Of a stretch of 64,000 nucleotides of DNA, positions 12,166 through 22,775 are shown piece by piece; within the stretch, counting starts at the first letter, position 1, and each line of letters begins with the position of its first letter. Location: positions 2,784,001-2,848,000 of the forward strand of contig CBDFIQ010000002.1 in assembly GCA_965248195.1 (NCBI GenBank), given 5' to 3'. This stretch comes from Longimicrobiales bacterium (GTDB lineage Bacteria > Gemmatimonadota > Gemmatimonadetes > Longimicrobiales > Gaopeijiaceae). The notes under the pieces were generated by a model, which saw only the letters and a program-made list of their open reading frames with translations, had not been told where the DNA came from and did no database searches. Position numbers and translations under genes: made by a program.

Positions 12166-12612
12166 GTTCGTTTTCTCTGCCTTCGCCCTACTCTAATTCT
12201 TTGCGTGCTCCGTGTCTCACGTACGTTGGCAGAGAGGGGTCTGGATGGAGCCCGATGGAGGGCTGATGGTAGGCATGGCACGCACCGTGCGCGGGGGCAT
12301 GGCGACGGGACACGAGTTTCTTCTGCTACAACGGAAGGACGGGCGCCTCACATACTTGGCCTATCCCTCTGGGCAGGACTCGACGGACTTCCAGGCCACA
12401 GAGGTGTCGACACAAAGGCTACGCTTCGAGAACCCACAGCACGATTTCCCGCAGGCGATAGAATACGAACGGACTTCGCCCGACTCGCTCACCGCGAAGG
12501 TTTACGGGGAGATCGGATCGCGTGAGCCCGCCTTCGTCCTGCGTTATGTACGAAGGGCCTGTTGAAGGCGACGGCGAGCGGATCATGGAGCTGATCACGG
12601 CCGGGGGAGGCC

Positions 12613-13608
12613 CTACCTCGTGTCCGTAACCGGGCTCAGGCATCCCATCGCACGGGCGGAGTCTTCGGGTGTCGTCGAGCCCGACTCCGAGTATTGCACC
12701 ACCCAGTTCTGGGGCACCTCGAGCCAGTCATCGGTATTGATGAACGACCCGATGCCTGCCCCCAAGGCGAGACCACCGAGGGCCCCCGCGATTCCGCCGG
12801 CAATGCCGTAGATTTCCCGGCGTAGATGAAGCGACGACTCGCGCTCGTATTTGGAGTCCCCAATGACCGCCCCCGCCGCGGCTCCGAGAAGCGCACCGAT
12901 GAGCCCACCCTCACGGCTTCGCGAGCGGGGTCTCCGGACCTCGACCCTGGTCACGTTCACGACCGGCACGGCGACGCGTTGGTTTTGCAAGCCGACACTC
13001 AATAGCAACTCGCCACCGCCCGCCCCTTCGAAGAACCCCTCGGCAATCCGCGCGTCCTGAGCCTGGGGCGAAAAGCATTCGACGCGAAGAAGATCCCCCG
13101 CGACCGGTCGGCTAGCCGGAGCAGCCGCTGGGATCACGGCGCCGGCCGGGATCGCCTCGCCCGCCAACCTAGAGGTCCGGGGAAGGCGTATGTAAAACAG
13201 CTCGATGGTGGGATAGGTCTGTCGAATCTCCCACTCGTATCGCTCGCCCGGGTAGACGGTGACAAAGGATTGGGTGGGTTGTCGGCGCCTGGTAGCGGCG
13301 CCTGTGAGAGCGGGGGGCGTAGACAGGACATTCAACGACAGCCGAAATTCGAGATCTCGATGGGGAGTCACGAATGTCCTGGTCTCGCGCCCGCGGACTT
13401 CGCCGAGCGGCACTCGCCCACCGGCCCCCCGCCACTCGACATAAGCGGTGACCGTTCCAGGGGTGCGGTTGATGACGACCATCTCTACCACGGCACCCGA
13501 GTCGAGAGCATCGGAAGCGCTGTTCGCCTGGCTCGCAGAGGTGCCGCCTGACACAAGGCCCATTGAAAGGAGCAGAACCCCCCCCAACTGCTGGCTCTTA
13601 CGCTCCAT
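12613..13608 (-). CDS. Exported hypothetical protein with a C-terminal glycine-zipper region
   Basis: Signal peptide; GLIGALLGAAAGAVIG and GGIAGALGGLALGAGIG. Confidence 0.65.
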   Translation of the reverse strand: MERKSQQLGGVLLLSMGLVSGGTSASQANSASDALDSGAVVEMVVINRTPGTVTAYVEWRGAGGRVPLGEVRGRETRTFVTPHRDLEFRLSLNVLSTPPALTGAATRRRQPTQSFVTVYPGERYEWEIRQTYPTIELFYIRLPRTSRLAGEAIPAGAVIPAAAPASRPVAGDLLRVECFSPQAQDARIAEGFFEGAGGGELLLSVGLQNQRVAVPVVNVTRVEVRRPRSRSREGGLIGALLGAAAGAVIGDSKYERESSLHLRREIYGIAGGIAGALGGLALGAGIGSFINTDDWLEVPQNWVVQYSESGSTTPEDSARAMGCLSPVTDTR

Positions 13609-13813
13609 GACTCACCCTCATGCGGAAAGGAAAAACGGCCGTGTCAAACTTGGTCTCAGGGTAAAGTACGCCGCACCCCGCCGCAAGATTTACCCGGTGC
13701 CGGGAAACCGAGCTTGAGGGGATGTCTTGAATTTCACTGTAAGTCAGTGCCGTTCTTGCAGATGAGGGGGTTACGATGGGTCTCGCGCGAGAATCGCGCG
13801 GAGTGCTCGTGTC

Positions 13814-14953
13814 TCAGAACTCCGGTCTGAAAATCCACAGGCCGCTGGTTACCTCCGACACGTAGACTAAGCCGTCGTGAAGCTGGGCACCCCAACTGCG
13901 TGCCTGATTAAACTCCCCGTAACCGCTGATGGAGCCGACTAGCCGTCCCTGTGCGTCAAGTCGACCAAGAAGCTCTCCACTAACGTCAATGGCCTTGAGT
14001 CCCTGCCTCCACCATGCCACGTAGAGAATACCTCGCGCCTCATCCAGCCAGAAGTTGTGCGGGTTCCCTGCGTTATCCACGAAGGTGGCGACCTCGACCG
14101 GGTTGGACAGATCGCTGACGTCCACCACGTGCAGCACCCCCGGACGGTTGCTTTCCTCGCCGACGAATACGTACCCTGCGTCGGGCCAGTACCAGGCGTT
14201 GTGGGTGTTTCCTCCCTCCATTTGCACTCGGCCGACCTCGACGGGATTTGTTGGAGAACCCCCGGCAATACCATTGCCGACATCGAGAATCACCAACCCG
14301 GCATTCCAGTGGCTGACGAACGCGAGACCGTCGCGCACGTACACGTCATGAGCACCGCTCGAGCCGGCGTAATACCCCGCCACGACCTGCGGAGCAACGG
14401 GGTCGCTGATGTCGATAACGGAAATCCTCCCACCGTTAGCCGCACCCCCGGCTGCGTACACGTAGTCACCCTCGATCCACGCGTTGTGCACGCCCCCTTC
14501 GAGCGACGTCAAACTTCGCGATATCACCGATGGCTGCAGGGGATTGCTCAGGTCGATGAGCGTGACTCCGTTTAGCCCCTCGTTCGATCCCTGGTGCGTA
14601 ATCACCCCGAGCGTGCCGTCGGCCCGGATCTTCACATCGCCGATCGAACCTACTCCATCCATTACAAGGGACCCTGCCCCTACCGGTGTGGCCGGGTTAC
14701 TTACGTCCCACACCCACAAGGTGTTCGCGGCGGCTCCAGCGCCGCCGAGGTCAACGGTGCCGGTATAGGCGACCGTGCCGTGTACCCAAAGGTCCGAGGT
14801 CACTCTTTGGTTCGGATTTGCGCGTCCGACGACCGTGAACGTCGGGGGTATGGGTATGGGCGGGACCACGTCGGATGGTTCCATGGCGCCCTCACCCCCG
14901 CAAGCAACGAGGAGAGCACAGATGCCCAAGTGCATGAGGCCCGGCCTTTTCAT
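13814..14953 (-). CDS. LVIVD-repeat beta-propeller lipoprotein
   Basis: Lipobox LLVAC; repeated 'H(N/D)xW/Y…Y…GL.I.D.S.P..P' units. Confidence 0.85.
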   Translation of the reverse strand: MKRPGLMHLGICALLVACGGEGAMEPSDVVPPIPIPPTFTVVGRANPNQRVTSDLWVHGTVAYTGTVDLGGAGAAANTLWVWDVSNPATPVGAGSLVMDGVGSIGDVKIRADGTLGVITHQGSNEGLNGVTLIDLSNPLQPSVISRSLTSLEGGVHNAWIEGDYVYAAGGAANGGRISVIDISDPVAPQVVAGYYAGSSGAHDVYVRDGLAFVSHWNAGLVILDVGNGIAGGSPTNPVEVGRVQMEGGNTHNAWYWPDAGYVFVGEESNRPGVLHVVDVSDLSNPVEVATFVDNAGNPHNFWLDEARGILYVAWWRQGLKAIDVSGELLGRLDAQGRLVGSISGYGEFNQARSWGAQLHDGLVYVSEVTSGLWIFRPEF

Positions 14954-15041
14954 TACCACGTCTGCGGTGCCTTCAGCACCGACGGGCCGGATCGTATGTG
15001 CGCGCATGAGTGCCTTGCCAGGATCAGATGTACCCGCCCCG

Positions 15042-16246
15042 CTACTTCAAGAATCGAGAGAAGAACTCCTCCATGGCGTCCAACGTGGGCTGGTACCAGG
15101 GAGGCTCGTTTAAATCATGCCCACCACCCTCGGCGAGAAAGAGTTCGGCGGACACGCCCACCGCCTCGAGCGCGTTCTTCATGGCGCCGGACTGCTGGAA
15201 GGGGGAAAGCGGGTCGTCCGTTCCGTGCAAAAGCAGGAACGGTGGCGACCCTCCTCCGACGTATGTAATCGGTGAGGCCAGAGCCCAAAGGTCTGGGTTC
15301 TCCGCGTAGGTGGTGCCCAAGAACCCTTCAATAACTGCGTGGTTGGGAAATGTAACAAAGTCAAAAAGCCCGGCGAATGACGCCACAGCTTGAACCTGGC
15401 TCGAGACGCCCGGGTTACCCCCGTCGCCTTCGAGTTCAGCAATATGAGAGGTTGTGCCGACCATGGCGGCCAGATGACCCCCTGAGGAAGCCCCCGCCAC
15501 TCCGATTCCTTCGGGGTCGATGCGATACGTCGTGGCATTGGCTCGGAGCCAGCGGACGGCCGCCTTGGAGTCCTCCACCTGCGCAGGAAATATGACCGAT
15601 CCCCCCCGTCGGAATTCGATGGTCGCTCTTACGAACCCTTTGGCCGCCATGTCGATAGCTCGCGGCGGGAAAGTATTCACGCCCGGCCCGCTCCAGCCAC
15701 CACCGTGTATGTACACGATCGCCGGAAACGACCCTCCTCGCTGACGGTAATGCTCACCGGATTGCTGGTCACCCCGTCGGCAGAGGCCGTAATGGTCGCC
15801 GAACCGACCCCGGTGGCGCTCACGTCGCCGGCGGAGCTCCCCTCGCCGCTACTCGACACCGTGACCACGGAAGCGTCACTCGAAGTCCAAGTAAGCGTCG
15901 GAAAAAGGCGAACCCCACGAAAAAAGCGAACTCCAGCTCCGTCACGAACGTCCGCGACCAAGACGGCGTCGCGATACTGGGGCAGATACAAAGTCAGGGA
16001 CAGCTCCAGCCCTCCTGGGCTGGCGTACACGTGATCACTGACGGCCTTCCCTGCAGGAGAAGTCCACAACGATAGGCTCGTCGGAAGCTCGATCGTCGCG
16101 CCGACTGGCCCAGTCGGCGTAGTCTCCGCACAGGCATAAACTGCGAGACTCCCCATCAGCGACATAGCGAGCGTCAGCCGTGGCCCGACATGTCCTTGGA
16201 TGAAACGCCATGCGGGAAGCGGTGGGAAGTGACTGCGTTGGATCAT
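15042..16246 (-). CDS. HSL/BD-FAE-like alpha/beta hydrolase with an inserted Ig-like (Big_2-type) domain; frameshift at about 15730
   Basis: IHGGGW, GASSGGHLA, LLHGTDD and GGGH motifs. The upstream frame carries YASPGGLELSLTLYLP followed by TWTSSDASVVTV…G.V.ATGVGSATITA. Start codon uncertain. Confidence 0.75.
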
Positions 16247-16262
16247 GCGACCTGACGGTCGA

Positions 16263-17327
16263 CTACCGCGCGCCAGCCTTCTCCTCCGCCTCCATGCGCT
16301 CCTGGTAACGCTCACCACTGAGGATGTTGGACAGTGCGTAATTCCCCTCGTGACAGGCGTATTCGTAGACACGGTCGTTCAGCGGCTTGAACGGGATCTC
16401 GCCTCCCCACGGCTCTGAATAGGTCGTGGGGTCGTCGACCGTGAACTCGTACAGGATGGTCTCCTCATCCACGCGTGTGAAACGCTCGGTCACCTTCAGG
16501 TGCTCCGTCGGAGGGATCCCGCGGAACGTCTGTAGGGGATTGAAGTTGGTGGTCTCGACCACGAGCGCATCGCCCTCCCAGCGGCCCCAGGAGTCACCCA
16601 TCCACGGACGCACATGTGACGGAAGCCGTGGGCCGTCACCGATCCGGATGATTCGGGTGTCGTGGACCATCTCCGACATGACCATCAGGTGATCGGCGGT
16701 CTGCACGAATATGTAGTTGTTGTTGTAGAACGTATTGGGAATCATGGGCGGACCGGCGCTGGACCCGAACGACATGATGCACCGTTCTCCGAGCGGGCGG
16801 ACCTCGGGGTGGTCGTACGTCTCGAACTGGTCCCGGAACGCTCTATACTCCTCCATCCGCTTCTCGCCCTCAGGCGTCAGGTCCGGCCGACGGCCATCCG
16901 ACGGATGGGTGAGGAGCGAGCTCCTGTATTCGCCGTTGACGATGGCGATGTTGGTGCCCCGATCGATATAGACGTTGTTGTACCCGCCTACGCTTCCAGT
17001 GGCTTCACTTCCGCCGGCCCGGGGCGCCGATCGATCGGGATCGCTGGGCTGGGCACCGCGCTCGATTCGGGCCACTGCGCTACCCTGCCGCTCCTGGACC
17101 TGCTCCCAGGTGAGAACCGGACTCTCCTGCTCCTCAGAGCGCTCGAACGGAGTGATGGTGACGTTCGTCCAGATCCCTTGGAGGTCCGGATGACCGTCCG
17201 GCGTACGGGGAACGACCCACTCCCCAGCGGCGCTTGCTCGGGCCTGTGCTGCCGCGGAGGCGACCAGTCCTTGGGCCGCGGTCACTAGGCAAAGCGTCAC
17301 AAGTATGGTGGAATAACGTGTGATCAT
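16263..17327 (-). CDS. Exported 'PDLQGxW...ACHEGNY' family protein, copy 2
   Basis: WVVPRTPDGHPDLQGIW, ERCIMSFGS, WMGDSWGRWEGD, YEYACHEGNY; GGGAGG RBS. Confidence 0.85.
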   Translation of the reverse strand: MITRYSTILVTLCLVTAAQGLVASAAAQARASAAGEWVVPRTPDGHPDLQGIWTNVTITPFERSEEQESPVLTWEQVQERQGSAVARIERGAQPSDPDRSAPRAGGSEATGSVGGYNNVYIDRGTNIAIVNGEYRSSLLTHPSDGRRPDLTPEGEKRMEEYRAFRDQFETYDHPEVRPLGERCIMSFGSSAGPPMIPNTFYNNNYIFVQTADHLMVMSEMVHDTRIIRIGDGPRLPSHVRPWMGDSWGRWEGDALVVETTNFNPLQTFRGIPPTEHLKVTERFTRVDEETILYEFTVDDPTTYSEPWGGEIPFKPLNDRVYEYACHEGNYALSNILSGERYQERMEAEEKAGAR

Positions 17328-17629
17328 CTTGCCTCCCGCTCTGAGCATTTTCCGGTTCGCATTGGAGCCGCCCACCTATAATCTCACCCGCCGGCCGTTT
17401 GGGCTAGTTCGTCCGAGCGACGATCGCCCAGACTATCGTGGCCGCAGGACGGGCTCGACCCCGGCGCGGGTCATGACCTCACGGATCACCGCGGCCGTCG
17501 GGGGCGAGCTGAGGATGTTCATGCCGATGTGGATGCCGCCCTCTACGATGTCGTTGCGTGCGAGCGTCCAGTTCCAATATCTTGCGATCCAGCCCAGGAA
17601 TTGGCGGCCCTGCCGCGCAAGGGGACCGG

Positions 17630-17875
17630 ATGCCGATCTACGAATACGAGTGCAGTGAGTGCCAGAACCGATTCGAGCTTCTGGTATTCGACTCGACCTC
17701 GCCCGCGTGCCCCGCCTGCGAGGGCACCCACCTCGAGAGGCTCATGTCCCTCTCCTCGGTCAGCTCCGACGGCACTCGGCAGCGGAATCTCGGGCTCGCG
17801 CGAAAGGGAGCGAAGAAGACCCAGATCGAAAAGGCGCACGCCGATCACGAGGCGATGCACCACCACCATCGCTAG
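17630..17875 (+). CDS. FmdB-family zinc-ribbon protein
   Basis: MPIYEYECSEC…FE…CPACEG…LERLMS; His-rich C-terminus. Confidence 0.9.
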   Translation: MPIYEYECSECQNRFELLVFDSTSPACPACEGTHLERLMSLSSVSSDGTRQRNLGLARKGAKKTQIEKAHADHEAMHHHHR

Positions 17876-18098
17876 CTGACACGCCGACCTCCAGACCGTC
17901 TTGGCGCGGTCGGACGGGGTCGATTCAGTCGAAGGTCGCGCCCCTCTCGACAAGGAACTCGACGATCGAATCGTACCCTCCCCGATCCATCCTCCCAATG
18001 ATCCCTCCCATGAATCCACCCAACTCCAGTTATGACAAGGAGTTATGTCACAATATAACGGCGGGATTGGGAGGCTCTCACAGAGCCGCCGACAGTGT

Positions 18099-19232
18099 CT
18101 AGTCGGTGACCAGAACCTCGGCCGCCTCCGCTAAACGCTCCAGGATCCCACGGTACTCGGAGAAGAGGGTTCTCCGTCCGAAGCCGTATCCATCTCCGAC
18201 CGCCGTCTTGTGGGCCACCACCATATCGAGGGCGGGCAGAACGGTGATGTACTGGCCATAGGCGCCCGCCCCGGTGAACGCAGCTTCGAACGCGCCCACG
18301 GCGGCCGGCCCGTCCCAGACCCACCACATCATGCCGAACCCCACGGAGCCGCCTCGTCGCGACTCGGGATTCATGTCGGCGAGGGGTGTGATCGCGCTCG
18401 TACTCGACTTGATCCAATCGGCGGGCACGAGTTGGACACCATCCCAGCGTCCCTTGCGCAGCATCAACTCGCCAATCCGTGCGAGGTCGCGGGTCGAAAG
18501 CCACATGTGGTACGCCGGATATCGGGAAATCGTCAGGTCACCCGACCTCTTCTGGGCGCCGCGATCGAAGTCCTCCATGCCAAGCGGCACGGCCAGGTCG
18601 TCCCTTAGCGCGTCGTAGATCGCCCGCCCGGTCACCAGCTCGAACACGGCACCGGCGGCGTTGAAGTCCCAATTGTTATACAGGAAGTACTCGCCCGGCT
18701 GCTGCGACCCGCGCGCCGGGGCAGCCCCAGAATCGTCGCCATCGTTCGATGCCGGGTGGTACACGCCGGAGCGAGCCGTGATGAGGTCACGGACTGTGGC
18801 CTGTTTCTCGAGAGGCAAGAGCCCGCTCTCGTCATCCAGACCCAACTCCCCCAGGGTCGCATCGAGGTCGATCGTCCCGTCCGCAACGTACCGCCCATAC
18901 AGGATGGAAAGGATGCTCTTGCGGACGGAGGCGACGTACGTCAACTCAGTCACGTTACCCTGCGAATGAAGCACCTGGCCTCCCGCCACCACAACTAGTC
19001 CCGTTGTGTTGAGGCTCTCGGCATACGACGCGACCTGAGCCAGTCCCGCCGTGCTGAAACCCGCATCTTCGGCGACAGACCAAACCGGCCACGTCGAGTC
19101 CCAGATGCTCCCGTTCGGATCGGTCGGCGACCCGCACGCCTGAATCGCGATCAGAGCAACAACGAGCTTGCTCAAACGGACCAGCTCGCCGGCCCTCCTA
19201 CCCGTCCACCGCATTCGCCCCGTCATCCTCAT
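18099..19232 (-). CDS. Serine hydrolase, beta-lactamase-like family, probable lipoprotein
   Basis: ASVRKS (SxxK), LITARSG, FLYNNWDFN, RDLARIG, GAYGQ; IQAC lipobox; GAGGAG RBS. Confidence 0.88.
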   Translation of the reverse strand: MRMTGRMRWTGRRAGELVRLSKLVVALIAIQACGSPTDPNGSIWDSTWPVWSVAEDAGFSTAGLAQVASYAESLNTTGLVVVAGGQVLHSQGNVTELTYVASVRKSILSILYGRYVADGTIDLDATLGELGLDDESGLLPLEKQATVRDLITARSGVYHPASNDGDDSGAAPARGSQQPGEYFLYNNWDFNAAGAVFELVTGRAIYDALRDDLAVPLGMEDFDRGAQKRSGDLTISRYPAYHMWLSTRDLARIGELMLRKGRWDGVQLVPADWIKSSTSAITPLADMNPESRRGGSVGFGMMWWVWDGPAAVGAFEAAFTGAGAYGQYITVLPALDMVVAHKTAVGDGYGFGRRTLFSEYRGILERLAEAAEVLVTD

Positions 19233-19454
19233 CACTGTCCCCTCCTCAGTACCGGACACCCTGACCCGCGCCGCGCATGGCTCTCTCCTACAACGAGCAC
19301 CGGTCGCTGACGTACCAATGGGCGTGCGACCCCCCTCGCCCGTCGCGCGAGTTGGGGCCACCCAGGTAGCATCTAACGGGCGGGTCGTATAGTCTGAGAC
19401 GAAGGCGAATCGAGAGGAGAGACCACCGTAGGAGAGACCACAAGGGATACGAGC

Positions 19455-20944
19455 ATGACCCATTCGAGCACCGCTCGCAGGATATCCATCTCGTTGTTAC
19501 CGATGGTGTTCTTCACACTTCTCGCCCTGGGCGGTTGCGATCCAGCAGCGCCGCCTCAGGACCTTCCCGTGGGCCTTACTCTGAGCACGGCCATGGCGTC
19601 GGACGGCAGCTACATCTCGTGGCGCGAGCATTTGATCGACGACGAGGCCACGGCGGGCGTCGAGCTCAGGGGCAGCGACGGGCTGGTGATGGCCGACTTG
19701 AATCTGGACGGCCACCTGGATGTGGTGTCGGTCCACGAGTCCGACACCGAGTACGATGGCGAGGCAGACGGGATCATCCGTATCGCCTTCGGCTCGGAGG
19801 ATCTCGACGAATGGGTGTCGATTACGGTCGCGCAGGGACCGGATGCCGCGGCTCCGGAGGACGTAGCCATCGGAGACATGAACGGGGACGGGTATCCTGA
19901 CATCGTAGCGGCCAGCGAGCTGGCACACCTGATCTTCTACAGAACCCCGGCGAGGGAGCCACGACGGAGACTTGGCAGAGACTGATACCGGATGTGACCG
20001 TCGACCGGGGATCGTTCATCAGGGTCTTTCTCGCGGACCTGACGCAGGATGGCCGCCTCGAGGTCGTCACGGCCAATAAGGGTGCGCAGAACCCGACGCT
20101 GGATATGGGCGCGAAGCCGATCTCCTGGTTCTCCGTCGAAGGGGATCCCCTCGCGTCCGCGAGTTGGGTCGAGCATGAGCTGACGCGGGTGGGCTGGCCC
20201 ATCAACGCACAGCCGGTCGATCTCGACGCGGACGGGGACTGGGACGTGGTCGGTGGGTCGACGGCCGAGCAGCGGATCATGTGGTTCGAAAACCTGGGCG
20301 GTGGCGAGTTTTTGGAACACCGGATCGAGATTCCCGGGACGGTAGTGTCAGAGGATCGTCGCCGACCGCGCGACCAGGGCGAGCACGCTGCCGTAAACGG
20401 CTTCAACATGGACTACGTGGACCTGAGCGGAGACGGCCGTCTGGACATCGTATTGGTGGAGTCGGGCAACACTCTGGTTTGGATCGAGCAGCCGGTCGGG
20501 ACGGACGCGGCCTGGGATCTGCACGCCATCGGGACGCATTGGCCCGACGCGGTCACGGGCTTCGGCGTGGCCGACATCAACGGGGACGGCAATCCCGACG
20601 TCGTCGCCGGCGGTTACAGCCGCGGGCCCAGAGATCGGGACGGTGAAATGGATCTCTCGGCGTCCATGGGCCGCATCGCCTGGTTCGAGCATCCCGGTGA
20701 CGCGTGCGGACGCTGGATACGGCACGACATCTCACGCCGGAGGCGGGGGATGTTCGACAAGTTCGTGCCCCGGGACATGGACGGGGACGGAGACGCCGAT
20801 TTCGTGGCGACCCGCGGTAACAGTGCGCCTTATGACGGTGTTTTCTGGCTCGAGCAGGTACGGTCGACGGACCAGCGACCCTCCTTCGAGAGGGCCCGTG
20901 AGGCCGATAGCCAAGAAGCGCGACTCCCGGTTGAAGCCCGTTGA
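19455..20944 (+). CDS. FG-GAP/VCBS-repeat lipoprotein; frameshift at about 19937
   Basis: Repeated DxxxDGxxDxV motifs in both ORFs. Adding one base after ATCTTC gives continuous …LQNPGEG…WQRLIPDVTVDRG. Confidence 0.85.
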
Positions 20945-21163
20945 GCCCGTCGCTCCAGGGGAAGCTTCACGTGGGATAGCTTCTCGCTCCCGGAAAGACT
21001 CGCGAGTCTCCATCTGGACAGGGTTGTCCCCCTGGTGCGGGTCGGGGATGCCCAGCTCCGGGTAGGTAGGAGCGAAATCGCGTCTCGGGAGTTATGCTAT
21101 GGTTCCTCCCGTCGCCGACGCTCGGCGCCGAGGGTGCGGGGCCCTTTTCCTTAGGAGAGACCG

Positions 21164-22756
21164 ATGACTCGTGCAGCTGCCGTTCTGCTGATCGCAGGCC
21201 TACTCGTGTTGGGTGCGAGACCCGCCCAGGCTCAGTTCGAGAACGTGGGTTCCTTCGAGTTCCCGACGTCCGCAACGGGTGAAGCGCAGCAACACTTCCT
21301 CCGAGGGGCGGCCTTTCTGCACAGCTTCGGTTGGATTCAGGCGATCGAGGAGTTCAATGCGGCTCAGGAGATCGACCCGGACTTCGCGATGGCGTACTGG
21401 GGCGAATCGCTCACATACAACCACCCCCTGAACTCGGCCATGAATCCGACGGAACCGCGTAGAGTGCTCGAGCGGTTGGCTCCGACCCGAGTCGAGCGAC
21501 TGGCCAAGGCGCCCACCGAGCGTGAGAAGGGCTTTATGAACGCCGTCGAGATCCTCTGGGGAGAGGGTGACCGAGCAGACCGCACGGTAGCCTACATGGA
21601 CGCGATGAGCCGGCTGTACGAGCAGTACCCCAACGACACCGAGGTGGCGGCGTTCTACGCGCTCTCGATACTGAGTGCCTCCACCGCGACCCGCGATCTG
21701 ACTCAGCGGCTCAACGTACGGGCCGGCACCATCTCCTTGAATCTATTCGAGCACAACCCGAACCATCCGGGTGCCGCTCATTATACGATCCACGCCTTCG
21801 ACAATCCCATGCTCGCTCCACTTTCGCTTGAGGCCGCATACCGCTTTTCCGAGATCGCTCCCGCCGTTGCCCACGCCATTCACATGCCGACGCACATCTT
21901 CATTCAACACGGCATGTGGGACCGGGTCTCGGGCAACAATCAGACCGCCTATACCGCTGCGAGGGAGTTGTGGAGGCCGGACGAACCCATGGGAGCCGCA
22001 GTCCACCCGCTGGATTGGGGCCAGTATGGAGACCTCCAGCTCGGGGACTACAGAAAGGCGAGATTGTGGATCGATCGGATCGAGAGCATGGCCTTCGAGG
22101 GTGTCTTCCTCGAGGGTGGCCCGCGAGGCGCACCGGGCCAGGCCCGGGCTACCCGCACGGTCTCGCTAATGAAGGCTCGTTACGTCGTCGAGACGGAGGA
22201 ATGGGAGGTTCGGCCGATCACGGACGAGTCGGCGGCGGACGAGCTTCTGGCGACGGGTCTGAGCGCCGCGCGGACGGGCGACCAGGCGACCGTTGCCCAG
22301 GCGGAGGCCGCGCTCAAGGAGATGGCTGAGCGGGGTCCGAATGGAGACCGGAACGCCAACATCATGGCGAAGGAGGTCGGCGCGCTACTCCATGCCGGTA
22401 TGGGACATGGAAGCGTGGCAACCCGCCTCATGGACGAGGCGCAGGCGATCGTCGAGTCGGGAGCAGACCCGCGAGGAGCGGCCTCCCCAGTGAAGCCCGT
22501 CCACGAGCTTTACGGTGAGATCCTGCTCGACCTGGACCGGCCCGCCGATGCGATTGAGAAGTTCGAGACGTCGCTCCTTCGCTTGCCAAATCGTCCGCGA
22601 TCGCTCCTCGGCCTCGCTCGCGCGTACGCCAGGAGCGGTGACATTGGCATGGCTGCCGAGGCCTACGAGCAGCTGACCGAGGTGTGGGCCGGCCGCGAGT
22701 CGTTCGATGGGTTCCAGGAGGCACGTCGTTTCCTGGGGAATACCGGGCAACCGTAA
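21164..22756 (+). CDS. Exported TPR-repeat protein with a His-rich motif, paralog A
   Basis: AQQHFLRG…DPDFAMAYWG, HPGAAHYTIHA, HAIHMPTHIF; C-terminal TPRs; signal peptide. Confidence 0.85.
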   Translation: MTRAAAVLLIAGLLVLGARPAQAQFENVGSFEFPTSATGEAQQHFLRGAAFLHSFGWIQAIEEFNAAQEIDPDFAMAYWGESLTYNHPLNSAMNPTEPRRVLERLAPTRVERLAKAPTEREKGFMNAVEILWGEGDRADRTVAYMDAMSRLYEQYPNDTEVAAFYALSILSASTATRDLTQRLNVRAGTISLNLFEHNPNHPGAAHYTIHAFDNPMLAPLSLEAAYRFSEIAPAVAHAIHMPTHIFIQHGMWDRVSGNNQTAYTAARELWRPDEPMGAAVHPLDWGQYGDLQLGDYRKARLWIDRIESMAFEGVFLEGGPRGAPGQARATRTVSLMKARYVVETEEWEVRPITDESAADELLATGLSAARTGDQATVAQAEAALKEMAERGPNGDRNANIMAKEVGALLHAGMGHGSVATRLMDEAQAIVESGADPRGAASPVKPVHELYGEILLDLDRPADAIEKFETSLLRLPNRPRSLLGLARAYARSGDIGMAAEAYEQLTEVWAGRESFDGFQEARRFLGNTGQP

Positions 22757-22775
22757 GCGACTGGAGCACACGATC

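Larger units (their letters stand above)
10672..12237 (-). mobile_element. IS3-family insertion sequence with a 4-bp target duplication (GGTC)
   Basis: Imperfect IRs at 10679-10698 (TGTCAACGACAATGGGACAC) and 12212-12231 (revcomp TGCCAACGTACGTGAGACAC), 14/20 match. GGTC at 10668-10671 and 12238-12241. orfA/orfB organisation. Confidence 0.9.
10492..12565 (+). pseudogene. DUF6265-like exported protein gene interrupted by an IS3-family element
   Basis: The N-part ends …WLRGCW…RSEEV at 10671 and the C-part resumes WMEPDGGLMVG…FENPQHDFPQAIEY at 12242. Deleting 10672-12241 restores one frame. Confidence 0.85.

Noticed and set aside
13700..16250. Horizontally acquired island suggested by a seemingly more AT-rich composition
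   Set aside because: Visual impression only; no boundaries, integrase or computed GC profile.
17433..17600. Coding-like minus-strand stretch (…IVEGGIHIGMNILSSPPTAAVIREVM…)
   Set aside because: No clear start or recognisable family; may be a remnant.
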